A stretch of 64,000 nucleotides of DNA from positions 235,024 to 299,023 of the forward strand of contig JAIUOC010000003.1 in assembly GCA_020161265.1 (NCBI GenBank), read 5' to 3'. The DNA is from Chloroflexota bacterium (GTDB lineage: Bacteria > Chloroflexota > Chloroflexia > Chloroflexales > Herpetosiphonaceae). Of the stretch, positions 1 through 9,387 are shown in pieces. A model generated the notes under the pieces. The model worked only from the letters and a program-made list of their open reading frames with translations, searched no databases and was not told the DNA's origin. Positions within the stretch are counted from its first letter, which is position 1. Every line of letters begins with the position of its first letter. The translations under genes and the position numbers were made by a program.

Positions 1-2036
1 ATTGAGCTAAATGCCGTGGGTAGGCTGAGTTCGATAATACCAGTTTTTTGCGAGATGCTGGTGCCCGCGCCACGGGCAGTGGTGGTACAGGTCGAACTCA
101 TTCCCATACCTAGATCGTCTTCTAAGCTATAGCTAAACCAATTATTGGTCAGTTCGACCGTATTTTGGCTATAGCGTAGTTGCGGATATTGAATCAGCAG
201 ACTGCGTTGGGTGGCAGCAAAGCGTTTTTCCGGCAAGTCGATTACCGCTTGATTGAAATCGACAAACGCTACAAACACAGCATTTCGATCAACACTGCCA
301 TAGCTATTGGGTAGGGCGATATCGAGTGCTTGAGTTTTGGCCAAAAGCTCGCGCGGCGGGCCAAATTCAGTTTGGTAGCCTGCATCAAGCTCTTTTTGGA
401 ACAACAAATAGCTTGCCCCCGACATCGAGGGATTGTTGTCAATTTGCAATTCGATCGATTTTTCCACACCTGGCTCGATTGTGCCAAACTTTTGAGCGTT
501 ACCTAACATAATAAAGGCCGCATCACTCAAGGTATAGGTACTGGTATTTTTGACTTTACCAATCAGCTTTTTACCTTGCATACTGATTTCAATTTGCACA
601 TGCGGCGCATCGCTGATATCGCGTTCATAGGCAAACATTTCCATCGACCATTGATTGATCGTGAGGTTCCGCACATCGCCTGGCTGATGACTGTAGAGCG
701 CTCTAGTGGCGTTAATGCCACCATTAGTGCCCATATTGGGGCTAACCAACAATGGGCGAGGGTACGCGCCATGGTTGATTGTGACTTGATAGTCTTCGCG
801 TATTGGCGAGAAAATGCCCGCATAGCCCAAAACTGTGGCGTTAGCTTGATCATCGGGGTAAATCAAGGCCACATCGTGAACCAAAATATCAGTGCCCCGT
901 TGTTTCGAGCCAATTCCATAGGCTAGCACGGCAAAAACTAAGGTTAATGCCGGAATCGTCAGCCAAGCCAGGGCCATGCGATCAAGCCGCCGTAGCACAA
1001 GATAGGTAACTGGCCCCGCCAAAACAATATAAATTCCCAAAAGAATTAACAGGGTTTGCAGCGGCGGCAAATCGAGCGCTGGCAAATTGTTCAGCAACGC
1101 AGGTGCAGCACTATCACGTAACATACTTTCACTGCTACCAGCACCCATCCAGCCTAGATCTTGTTGCTGAGGAAAGAGCGAGGCCAGTAGGTTTTCATAG
1201 CCCCGCCACGCCGTAAATTCAGCTTGATCAAGATTAAAGGCGCTGGCAATCACGAAGCCACGGCCAACCGAGCGCTTAACTAGCAGCGGCGTTTGCTCTT
1301 GTTTGAGGCTGGTCGCTGCTTGTTGGTTGGGCTGAAGTAGGGCAACTTCCAAGCTTTGCAGATTAAATGGCTGGCCAAACACTTGACTTAGAGTTGTGGT
1401 CGCAATCGTTTGCTGGCCAGTAGCTTGGGCTGGCTGGAGTTCGGCTGGTAAATCTTCGAGCAGATTTGGCTCGGCGACCAACACCCCGCCATTATTAACC
1501 CATTGCTTGATCGCTTGCTGTTGTTCAGGAGTTAGTTCACCCCATGAACGCTGATTGAGCACGATCCCACTCAGCATATCAAGGCCAATCTGCACATCGG
1601 GCAATTGTTGGCTATCAGTGGCAACTAATACCACTTTGGTTAATTGGGGTAGTGGCTGTTCTAATAAGGTTGCGACCATTGGGCGGTCGGTGGAACGTAA
1701 TTGCAGCGTAGCGGTTTCGCGCTTCTCACCATTTAAATACATGGCCATTGGCACCCGAAAGGCCTGATCAAATTGGCCATAGACCAAGGTTTCTTTTTGT
1801 GAGCCACCTGGCACATCAAGCTCAACATTGTAGTTGCCAATGTGAATTTCGACCATGCGATCAACGCCAGTATTGCTGACCTTGACTCGCAACGCCATCC
1901 ACTCACCAGCGCGATAAACCGTGCCAAAAACTGGCTCAACCTGCCAAACTAGCCCATTTGATTGCTCTTGGCTCGATGCTGCACTGATCGGTAGGGCTAT
2001 CAGCAACAGCAGCCAACACCAGCGTATCCAGCGCAT
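1..2036 (-). CDS. exported/membrane protein, partial (start ATG at 2036, C-terminus beyond window start); signal peptide MRWIRWCWLLLLIALPISAAS, two internal TM segments
   Basis: Manual translation of minus strand from ATG at 2034-2036 is open (no stops) to position 1; N-terminal signal peptide; not in ORF track because it has no in-window stop. Confidence 0.5.
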   Translation of the reverse strand, partial: MRWIRWCWLLLLIALPISAASSQEQSNGLVWQVEPVFGTVYRAGEWMALRVKVSNTGVDRMVEIHIGNYNVELDVPGGSQKETLVYGQFDQAFRVPMAMYLNGEKRETATLQLRSTDRPMVATLLEQPLPQLTKVVLVATDSQQLPDVQIGLDMLSGIVLNQRSWGELTPEQQQAIKQWVNNGGVLVAEPNLLEDLPAELQPAQATGQQTIATTTLSQVFGQPFNLQSLEVALLQPNQQAATSLKQEQTPLLVKRSVGRGFVIASAFNLDQAEFTAWRGYENLLASLFPQQQDLGWMGAGSSESMLRDSAAPALLNNLPALDLPPLQTLLILLGIYIVLAGPVTYLVLRRLDRMALAWLTIPALTLVFAVLAYGIGSKQRGTDILVHDVALIYPDDQANATVLGYAGIFSPIREDYQVTINHGAYPRPLLVSPNMGTNGGINATRALYSHQPGDVRNLTINQWSMEMFAYERDISDAPHVQIEISMQGKKLIGKVKNTSTYTLSDAAFIMLGNAQKFGTIEPGVEKSIELQIDNNPSMSGASYLLFQKELDAGYQTEFGPPRELLAKTQALDIALPNSYGSVDRNAVFVAFVDFNQAVIDLPEKRFAATQRSLLIQYPQLRYSQNTVELTNNWFSYSLEDDLGMGMSSTCTTTARGAGTSISQKTGIIELSLPTAFSS

Positions 2037-2201
2037 ACCATGCTCCACACACTAAAATCGATTCGGCTGTTCCTATCATAACGGATAGCAGGCCAATTGT
2101 GTTCCCTTTTTCAAGCAACTCTCAGCAATATCAGCAAGATATCAGTTTGCTTGGGCAAGGCGAGGCATGGTTGGTTAATTCGTAAGCAATCTGCTGGATA
2201 C

Positions 2202-2693
2202 TCAATTGGTTAAGCGCAACACTGGCATCAAACAGAGAAAGATCAATAGGTTGGTACTAAAGGCAATGACCCACGGTTGATACCAATGGCTGCGAGCGGG
2301 ATCGACCTGCATTTGTTGATTTGGATCAAGGCTTAGGGTTTGGGCATAGCTTTGATTGAGCCAATAGTTCATTACCAACGCATCGTGAATACAAATCACC
2401 AACAGGAGCATTAAGTGATACTGGCGGACAAATCCCCAGCGATAGTTAAAGATCGCAGGTGCAAGGAAATATATGCCTGTCATAACGAGGATGATGACCG
2501 TCGCTCCAGTCATCAACAGCATAAAACTTTTAAGCATTGGTGCTCGCTGGTTGACCCATTGACTGCGTGGAAAGGCCCAAGCTTTAAACACCACCACAAA
2601 CCAAATGGCCATGATAATTCCGATAATCCAAAATACTAGTTCAATCAGTGCACCGATTGGATTAATTCCACAGGCAATCAAAATCTGCTGCAT
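2202..2693 (-). CDS. small integral membrane protein, paralog 1 of tandem 'MQQILIACG' family (4 TM)
   Basis: 163-aa ORF, hydrophobic helices, conserved N-terminus MQQI-IACG shared with three upstream neighbours. Confidence 0.5.
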   Translation of the reverse strand: MQQILIACGINPIGALIELVFWIIGIIMAIWFVVVFKAWAFPRSQWVNQRAPMLKSFMLLMTGATVIILVMTGIYFLAPAIFNYRWGFVRQYHLMLLLVICIHDALVMNYWLNQSYAQTLSLDPNQQMQVDPARSHWYQPWVIAFSTNLLIFLCLMPVLRLTN

Positions 2694-2706
2694 AGCCGCC
2701 TCATTA

Positions 2707-3195
2707 CTAGTTCATTGAATCGATCATTTGGAAAAACAAAGCAACGATGATCACAATTAATGTATTCGATTGGAGCGCGACGGCCCACGCAGGTTGATAG
2801 CTCATAGGCACAGCTTCAACCTGTAATTGCTGATCATCAGTTAGGCTGATTGCTTGGACATTCGGTTTAATCGACCAGCGATTGATCAAGAATGTATCGA
2901 CAACGCAAACGATTGCCCAAATGAAAATTTGATAGGAATAGAAAAATCCAATTTCGATCACAAATAAAAAGGTTGGCAGAATATAAGCAGCGATGAAAAC
3001 AAAGACCGTCACCACTCCTGTCATAAACATTAACCCAAAGCTATCGATAAACAATGAACGGCGTGCCGAACGCCGAGTTTTTGCCAGAAAAAACCATTTG
3101 ATGCCTAAATTCATGAAAAATAGAACTAATACCCCAACTAAGGCAAAAATTTGACCCAATTGATTAGAGCCACAGGCAATTACAATCTGCTGCAT
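2707..3195 (-). CDS. small integral membrane protein, paralog 2 (very similar to paralog 3)
   Basis: 162-aa ORF; shares blocks such as QAISLTDDQ-LQVEA and LFFQMID with 3213..3707. Confidence 0.5.
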   Translation of the reverse strand: MQQIVIACGSNQLGQIFALVGVLVLFFMNLGIKWFFLAKTRRSARRSLFIDSFGLMFMTGVVTVFVFIAAYILPTFLFVIEIGFFYSYQIFIWAIVCVVDTFLINRWSIKPNVQAISLTDDQQLQVEAVPMSYQPAWAVALQSNTLIVIIVALFFQMIDSMN

Positions 3196-3212
3196 GGCGG
3201 CCTCACTACTAG

Positions 3213-3707
3213 TTAATCGATCATTTGGAAAAATAAGGCAACGACGATCGCAATTAATGTATTTGAGAGGAGGGAAGCGACCCAGGATGGCTGATAGTTA
3301 ATCGCTGCTGCTTCAACCTGTAATTTCTGATCGTCAGTTAGGCTGATTGCTTGAGCTTTGGGTTTGAGCGACCAGCGTTCGATCAAGAATGTATCAACAA
3401 TGCAAACAATTGCCCAAATAAAAAATTGATACGAGTAGAACCCCCCGATTTCTATTATAAATAAAGAAGTTGGCAAAATATAGGCAGAGATGAAAACGAA
3501 GCCAATCACCAATCCTACGATAAAGGTTAATCCTAAGCTATGGAGAAATAACGAACGGTGGGATGCGCGTAGCGTTTGCGCCAGAAAAAACCATTTGATA
3601 CCTAAAGTCAGACTAAATGGAATGACCATGATGAAGAAGAAAATCATATAGCCGAATGGATTGTAGCCACAGGCCAGAACGAGCTGCTGCATACCTGCTC
3701 CTTGCAC
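3213..3707 (-). CDS. small integral membrane protein, paralog 3 (start may be internal Met at 3692)
   Basis: 164-aa ORF; MQQLVLACG N-terminus; 4 predicted TM helices. Confidence 0.5.
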   Translation of the reverse strand: MQGAGMQQLVLACGYNPFGYMIFFFIMVIPFSLTLGIKWFFLAQTLRASHRSLFLHSLGLTFIVGLVIGFVFISAYILPTSLFIIEIGGFYSYQFFIWAIVCIVDTFLIERWSLKPKAQAISLTDDQKLQVEAAAINYQPSWVASLLSNTLIAIVVALFFQMID

Positions 3708-3711
3708 TCAT

Positions 3712-4194
3712 TTAGCTCAATACAAATACGCTGACAAAGAACAAGAGTAAACTACCAAGAATTGTCGCTGCAATCGCAAACAAGTTAATCATCACGGCGA
3801 TTTTTGTTGGCGATTCATACATCTTTGGTGTATGATCAATAACTTGAAGCTGGCCGATTGGATCACGATTAATCGCTTTGGCTGCGCGTTGCTTGATAAT
3901 CCAGCTCATGGTGAGGTAATCCAAAAGAATGATCCCGATGAAGCTGGTATAAATCGTGTCGGGTGAGCGGAAAACGACATAGCTCAACCAAATAACAAGC
4001 AGATTGCCAATAGTTAAACGAAAGCCATCAAGCCATGCCGAGCGATCAGCGAACCAATCGTAGAACATTAAGCCCATTGCTTTGGCCCAAATCGTCGCCG
4101 CCACTAGCAGGCTGCCCCATACCCATGCGCTTGTTGTTGAAATTCGGAAGGCCCATGGGGTCACGCCACAGGCAATGCTAATAATATGTGCCAT
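3712..4194 (-). CDS. small integral membrane protein, paralog 4 (more divergent, ...SIACGVTPW...)
   Basis: 160-aa ORF, IACG motif near N-terminus, 4 hydrophobic segments; 4-bp gap to paralog 3. Confidence 0.45.
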   Translation of the reverse strand: MAHIISIACGVTPWAFRISTTSAWVWGSLLVAATIWAKAMGLMFYDWFADRSAWLDGFRLTIGNLLVIWLSYVVFRSPDTIYTSFIGIILLDYLTMSWIIKQRAAKAINRDPIGQLQVIDHTPKMYESPTKIAVMINLFAIAATILGSLLLFFVSVFVLS

Positions 4195-4218
4195 CTTCCA
4201 GCTACTTTCTTGCTATGG

Positions 4219-5310
4219 TTAAGGTTGAGCAGCAATCATCACGATTGTGCCACGGTCGTAATCAGCGACCAACAATTGGCCTTGCGGGCTAATCGCGAAA
4301 CCAACAGGTCGGCCAAAACCACTGGCGAATGGTTCAATCTGCTGTGTTTCGGCATCCATACGGACGATGCTATGGCCACGTAATTCTTGGCTATACCATG
4401 AACCTGATAAGCCAATGAAGGCATCGCCGTGATATCTGGCGGGAAACGCAGTGCCCTGATAGAACACAATTCCGGTTACACCGCTATGGGCAGGCAACAG
4501 CGCAACTGGCTCGTTGGTGGTCGCACAGTTGGCCGCATCACCGCCGCCATCAGCATCGGGCTGACGCAGACCCCAACAGCGCGGCCAACCATAATCGGCT
4601 CCAGCCGTGATTCGATTTACCTCATCGGGCGGGAGATCGTCGCCAAGACCTTCGCGCCCGTTATCGGTGGCATAAAGCTGTTGTTGTGGGTCGAAAGCTA
4701 GGCCAAAGGGCATGCGCAAACCAGTTGCATACACGCTCGATTCGCTGCCATCGGCGCGAAAACGCCGAATATAACCCTCTTGAATTCCAGCGGTTGCCGT
4801 ATGATCGGCGCGTGTTCCCACGCCGAGATAGAGCCAACCTTGAACATCGGAAACCAGCGTGGCCGCCTCAATTTGATCAGGCAGATCGCTCAATAAAACC
4901 ATTTGCTGATCGACCGTTCCATCGCTATTGTCGTCGCTCAAGCGCTGAATTTGGCCTTGCTCAACGACATACAACGCCTGCTCATACCAATGCAAACTCA
5001 ATGGTTTGTTGAAATCAGTTTCGTACTCGCGGGGTGGGTTGGTTCCATCGCTGACTAGCACAGTGCCTGAGCGTTGGGCAATATACAAACGTCCTTGAGG
5101 ATCAAATGCTAGCCCAGTTGGCTGATCGAGGCCCGTAATAATCGGGGTAATCGTGAATCCTGCTGCGATTTGAAGTTCGGCTGGTGGGCTGGTTGGTGGA
5201 TTATCCGAGGAGTAATTGCCTGGAATTGAGCAAGCTACCAAAGCCAAGCCCAAAACCAAGCTCCAACTGCCATGTTTGACCCGTTGATAGGTATGCCAAA
5301 AAGCAAGCAT
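4219..5310 (-). CDS. PQQ-dependent sugar (glucose/sorbosone) dehydrogenase-like beta-propeller lipoprotein
   Basis: Lipoprotein signal (LALVACS); motifs GLAFDPQGRLYIA, GLAFDPQQQLYATDNG, GADYGWP (NYGWP-type motif of soluble quinoprotein dehydrogenases). Confidence 0.65.
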   Translation of the reverse strand: MLAFWHTYQRVKHGSWSLVLGLALVACSIPGNYSSDNPPTSPPAELQIAAGFTITPIITGLDQPTGLAFDPQGRLYIAQRSGTVLVSDGTNPPREYETDFNKPLSLHWYEQALYVVEQGQIQRLSDDNSDGTVDQQMVLLSDLPDQIEAATLVSDVQGWLYLGVGTRADHTATAGIQEGYIRRFRADGSESSVYATGLRMPFGLAFDPQQQLYATDNGREGLGDDLPPDEVNRITAGADYGWPRCWGLRQPDADGGGDAANCATTNEPVALLPAHSGVTGIVFYQGTAFPARYHGDAFIGLSGSWYSQELRGHSIVRMDAETQQIEPFASGFGRPVGFAISPQGQLLVADYDRGTIVMIAAQP

Positions 5311-5394
5311 CTCTCTCCAAATTGATTCGCTGTGGTGCTGCTAGCTTACAACCTGCAATGAGCACATGCAAGCCCCAATTTGGCATATTGAGCG

Positions 5395-5877
5395 TTAGGC
5401 TAACGGTTGATCTATAGCTGATTTTGAATCCACAAGTTTTGGATATTGAACGAAGCGCGTTGCCTTTGTAAACACGTGCAGCAGCTCGCCAAGCAGGCAG
5501 AATGTTCGATTACTGTAGATAATGTCAGCGTTGATTGCCACATAACTACTCACGCCAACACAGGTTGAACCAAGCATGCGCTGTTTTTCAACCAGATTGC
5601 CATTAACTAAATATTCAAGCACCGCAATTGCAGGGAAATTGGGCCAGTAGATATCATCAACATTGAATCCCAAACCTGCATTAATGAGGCAATAATTTGA
5701 TTTTGCCAAATAAATTTCGATCGCGATCGTGTGATTGTTGAGGATTGTGATAATCCGATCATCATCGGACGTTAATCGATTCGTTATTGTGATGGTATTG
5801 TGGAATGGGCAGCGATTGAGATATTCGCTGATTGCCTCGCTACGGTCTGTATACTGCATGGCTGGCTGCTGCTCCAA
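5395..5877 (-). CDS. hypothetical protein
   Basis: 160-aa ORF with no recognisable motif; lower GC than neighbours. Confidence 0.3.
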   Translation of the reverse strand: MEQQPAMQYTDRSEAISEYLNRCPFHNTITITNRLTSDDDRIITILNNHTIAIEIYLAKSNYCLINAGLGFNVDDIYWPNFPAIAVLEYLVNGNLVEKQRMLGSTCVGVSSYVAINADIIYSNRTFCLLGELLHVFTKATRFVQYPKLVDSKSAIDQPLA

Positions 5878-5941
5878 TGTACTTCAATCTGCTTCATTAT
5901 AAAAATGCAATGAAGCCTGACTAGCGGCTTTAGGCTGATTA

Positions 5942-5985
5942 ACCAAAAAAGCGCCCAACACCAATTGCTGGTGCTGGGCGCTTCG
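5942..5985 (-). terminator. rho-independent terminator downstream of nuclease gene
   Basis: On minus strand: GC-rich hairpin (agcgcccagcacc...ggtgttgggcgct) followed by TTTTTT. Confidence 0.5.
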
Positions 5986-5997
5986 AGTTCAGCCAAA

Positions 5998-8900
5998 TTA
6001 GTTTTTGGTGACTAATGGCATGTACACAGTGAAGCTTGGGGTTGTCGTTGCATTGACTGTCACGCTATCGGCGGTCAAGTTAATGTTGCTGTTGAGCACA
6101 GCGGTGTTGCCAACGCTACCCACGAAATTGCCCACGCTGCGCACAGCGATGGTATAGGTTTTGTTGCTATTTGGCGCGAGGCTGCTATTGGCACTCACGG
6201 TTTGACCGTTGATGGTCAAGCCACCAGTAACACTGACAATTTGCAGGTTGCTGTTGATAACATCGCTCAAGCTAAAGCTGCCTTCAGCTGCACCCGTGTT
6301 GCGAATCGTCAAGGTGTAGGTGAAGACCTCACCTTGTTCGACGCTGGTGCTGCTAACGGTTTTGGTTGAAGTGCTGAAGTTGGCGGTTGGAGTCGCGCCC
6401 AAGGCTAAGCCAACCACAATTGGATCGTGGTCGGAAGCACGATAGGCATCGTTATTGTACAAGCTGACGATTTGCCCAGCGCTCTTGAAATTGGTGTTGT
6501 AATCCAAGGCGATAGGTTCGTCGGCGTTGACGTGCAATTCTTGAACATCGGCAACTTGGCTGAACAACGACGTGCTAGCCAAGGCGTGGTCGAGTGAGCC
6601 AGTTTGGCCATCGAAAATGTATGAGTAGGCTTCGTCGCCAAGCAAGGTTTTGGGAATATTGACATAGCCAGCGTTGCGAATAGCGGTGATTGGATCTTCC
6701 ATGGCGTATGAGTTCAAGTCGCCAATGATCAGATAATCGCTATCATCAACGTTGGTTGGGTCGGTATTCAACCAAGCCACTAATTCTTGGGCAGCAGTTT
6801 TGCGGGTCAGGTTACAGTTGCCTTGACCATCGCCCAAATCGGGGTCGCTTGGCACTGGGCTGACGTTATCGGTACAAGCGCTACCCTTCGACTTCAAGTG
6901 GTTGACCACTACCGTGAAGGTTTCGCCGCTGCTGGTTTCGGTAAACGATTGGGTCAAAGCTGGGCGATTACGGCCAGTTGTGCCGCTGCTGGTGGTGAAA
7001 TCGCCGAATGCCCCAGTATTGAGTACGGCGGTTGTACCAGCCAAGCTAACCTTGCCAGGCTTGTAGAGTAAAGCAACCTTAATTGCATCAGTCCCCAATG
7101 GATTGGTTTGGCCAGTGCGAGTATCGACATCCACCAAGGCATAGGTACCTGGCGCGGTAGCCGTGTTCAAGCGATTAACCAAATCTTGGATTGCGCTGGT
7201 GCTGCCGAAGCCATCATTTTCAATTTCCATCAAGCCAATCACATCAGCTTGAGTCATGATGATTGCGGCAACGGTTTTATCAGCTTGACGTAAGAACTCA
7301 GCGCTATTTTCAGCACCACGACAATCGGTAGCTGAGCCACCAACCCCGCCAGTACAGTTGCCATTGCCAAAGGTGTTGAAATAGTTCAACACGTTGATTC
7401 CCGCAACCCGTAATGAGCCATCAAGCTCAAGCGAGGTTGGGCGTTGGTTTTCGGCTACGAAGTTTGGCGATTGGGTTACGCGCACACGGTAACTGTTTGG
7501 GCTAGCGCTGTTACCACCCCACGTGTAGGTCATCACACCTTGCAAGCCAGTGATGCTATCGCTAGCGCGAAGGGTGTTGGCGGCGCTCAAACCAGTGCCA
7601 CCACGACCAAACAGAATTGGATCGGCATTCTGGTTGTTGAATGGATCATCGAGGATGATTTTGTGCAAGTTATTTTGGGCTTGCAATGCCAAGGCTGGAG
7701 CGCCTGGTGAAACCACGTTGGTTGGTTGTGCCAAGCGTTCGTTGAGCGATAAGGTTACTTGGCCGAAGCGAGCCAACAAGTAGTGTTCTGAAACAACCAG
7801 CTTTTGGTTGAATTGAACCAACATACCTTCAAAGCGCTCGGCATCGGTGGTTGAGGCAAATGGCAGAGTAACTTGGGTTGGGGTAACCGTGTTGGTTGGG
7901 CCACAAAGCTCAACCGTCAAGCTCCCGCTCAATTGGGTTTGGCCTTGATTTTCGCCAGCCGTACCGGTTACGCGCACGACTTGACCAAGCGCAACTTGAT
8001 CAGCGCCGCCGTTGAATACAAAAATACCATCGGAGGTTGCATCGTTACTATCGCCAGCATCTTGCAGGTAGAAACCACGCAAAGCAGGCTGAGCACCTTC
8101 AAAATCGGCTACCACCGTCCCTTGAACGGTCACAACCGTACCATTTGCAGGCGTGGTTTCGCCAGTGCCTTGCACTTGGCCGATTGGGGTAACCGTGCCA
8201 CCTGAACAGGCAACACCACTAGAAACATTGAAGTTGAAGCTATAGTCTTGGGCCATCGCATCAACGCTACCGTCGCGATCGGTTACTTGGCTGGCAACAA
8301 CCGTTACGGTACAAGCATCGCTGGCAGCAAAATCGCTGCTAGGATCAAGCACATAGCTGGTTGGGCCACCAGTAACGCTGGCGGTGCGAGTGCCACTGGT
8401 ACAGCTGATGGTGTACCAAGTGCCCGTTGTGGTGACTGGCTCGCTGAACGTAAGTGTGACGTTGGCGTTCAAAGCCACATTGTTAGCAGCATTGGCTGGT
8501 ACAGTGCTAGCAACGGTTGGTGGATTATCGGTTGGCGAACCACCACAGGTTGCAACTGGACTGCTGCTATTACGCGGAGCTGAAGGGGTCAACAAACTGA
8601 AATCAGCAGCATTATTATCGGTATCAGTACAGCTTGTATTATTGCGTTGAGCACTATTATTGGCGCTAGGAGCAGCCACAACTGTGCCTTCAACAAATGC
8701 ATTGGTAGCACTACCAAAGCCAACTGAATCGATGATTGTGCCTGTATTCAAATCACCGTTACGGATCGCGAAGCCGCCGCCTGTGCCAGAAATACCGCTA
8801 CCAAAGGTTGCATCAGCGGTAACTGTGCCATCATATGAGGTCGCACGGCCTAAGAGATAGAAACCACCAGCAGGAATCACAACCGAGGTTGTCCAACTGG

Positions 8901-9168
8901 CAATTGAAACATCAGTTGTACCAGCAGCAGCACGATAAACGACGCGATGCCCATTCAAATCAACTGGATTGGCACTGATATTATGAATTTCGATAAATTC
9001 ATCATCGGCGGTACCGCCAGCGGTTTGGAATTGACTAATGACAAGGGAGGTTGATACAGCACTGGTCGGAGTGGTGTATGTTGCGGACAACGAAGTACCA
9101 ATCAACGTGAACAGCATCGTTAACGCTGTTAGGAGTCGTAAACCCTTAAATTGCACAGAATCCTCCAC
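5998..9168 (-). CDS. ExeM/NucH-family extracellular endonuclease (lamin-tail domain + endonuclease/exonuclease/phosphatase domain + C-terminal DUF11 repeat)
   Basis: 1056 aa, signal peptide; LTD-like segment (FIEIHNISANPVDLNGH...); EEP motifs (INVLNYFN..., VIGLMEIENDG, SDHDPIVVGL); C-terminal FTYTLTIRNTG conserved-repeat domain. Confidence 0.65.
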   Translation of the reverse strand: MEDSVQFKGLRLLTALTMLFTLIGTSLSATYTTPTSAVSTSLVISQFQTAGGTADDEFIEIHNISANPVDLNGHRVVYRAAAGTTDVSIASWTTSVVIPAGGFYLLGRATSYDGTVTADATFGSGISGTGGGFAIRNGDLNTGTIIDSVGFGSATNAFVEGTVVAAPSANNSAQRNNTSCTDTDNNAADFSLLTPSAPRNSSSPVATCGGSPTDNPPTVASTVPANAANNVALNANVTLTFSEPVTTTGTWYTISCTSGTRTASVTGGPTSYVLDPSSDFAASDACTVTVVASQVTDRDGSVDAMAQDYSFNFNVSSGVACSGGTVTPIGQVQGTGETTPANGTVVTVQGTVVADFEGAQPALRGFYLQDAGDSNDATSDGIFVFNGGADQVALGQVVRVTGTAGENQGQTQLSGSLTVELCGPTNTVTPTQVTLPFASTTDAERFEGMLVQFNQKLVVSEHYLLARFGQVTLSLNERLAQPTNVVSPGAPALALQAQNNLHKIILDDPFNNQNADPILFGRGGTGLSAANTLRASDSITGLQGVMTYTWGGNSASPNSYRVRVTQSPNFVAENQRPTSLELDGSLRVAGINVLNYFNTFGNGNCTGGVGGSATDCRGAENSAEFLRQADKTVAAIIMTQADVIGLMEIENDGFGSTSAIQDLVNRLNTATAPGTYALVDVDTRTGQTNPLGTDAIKVALLYKPGKVSLAGTTAVLNTGAFGDFTTSSGTTGRNRPALTQSFTETSSGETFTVVVNHLKSKGSACTDNVSPVPSDPDLGDGQGNCNLTRKTAAQELVAWLNTDPTNVDDSDYLIIGDLNSYAMEDPITAIRNAGYVNIPKTLLGDEAYSYIFDGQTGSLDHALASTSLFSQVADVQELHVNADEPIALDYNTNFKSAGQIVSLYNNDAYRASDHDPIVVGLALGATPTANFSTSTKTVSSTSVEQGEVFTYTLTIRNTGAAEGSFSLSDVINSNLQIVSVTGGLTINGQTVSANSSLAPNSNKTYTIAVRSVGNFVGSVGNTAVLNSNINLTADSVTVNATTTPSFTVYMPLVTKN

Positions 9169-9387
9169 GATTCATGTAGAAACGCCGTCCAGAACAACTG
9201 TGACGGCTAACCAACGCGGGAACCTTCAGTTCTGAAATGTCATGCTGCATAAAGAAGATAAACCGCATGTCAATGCTGCTTTAACTGATGGTTAAATCTT
9301 GTAGGGTCTGAGTGTACCATAGACATAATCAACGGGCAACTTAGGCCAAAAGTACCCCCCTCTTTCTCAGCGAATCTTCATTGCACG

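Noticed and set aside
1936-2118. Track ORF 1936..2118(-) at the 5' end of the first gene
   Set aside because: Out of frame with the real gene. Manual translation shows the ATG at 2036 opens a frame that continues without stops to the window start, so the 60-aa ORF is a frame artefact.
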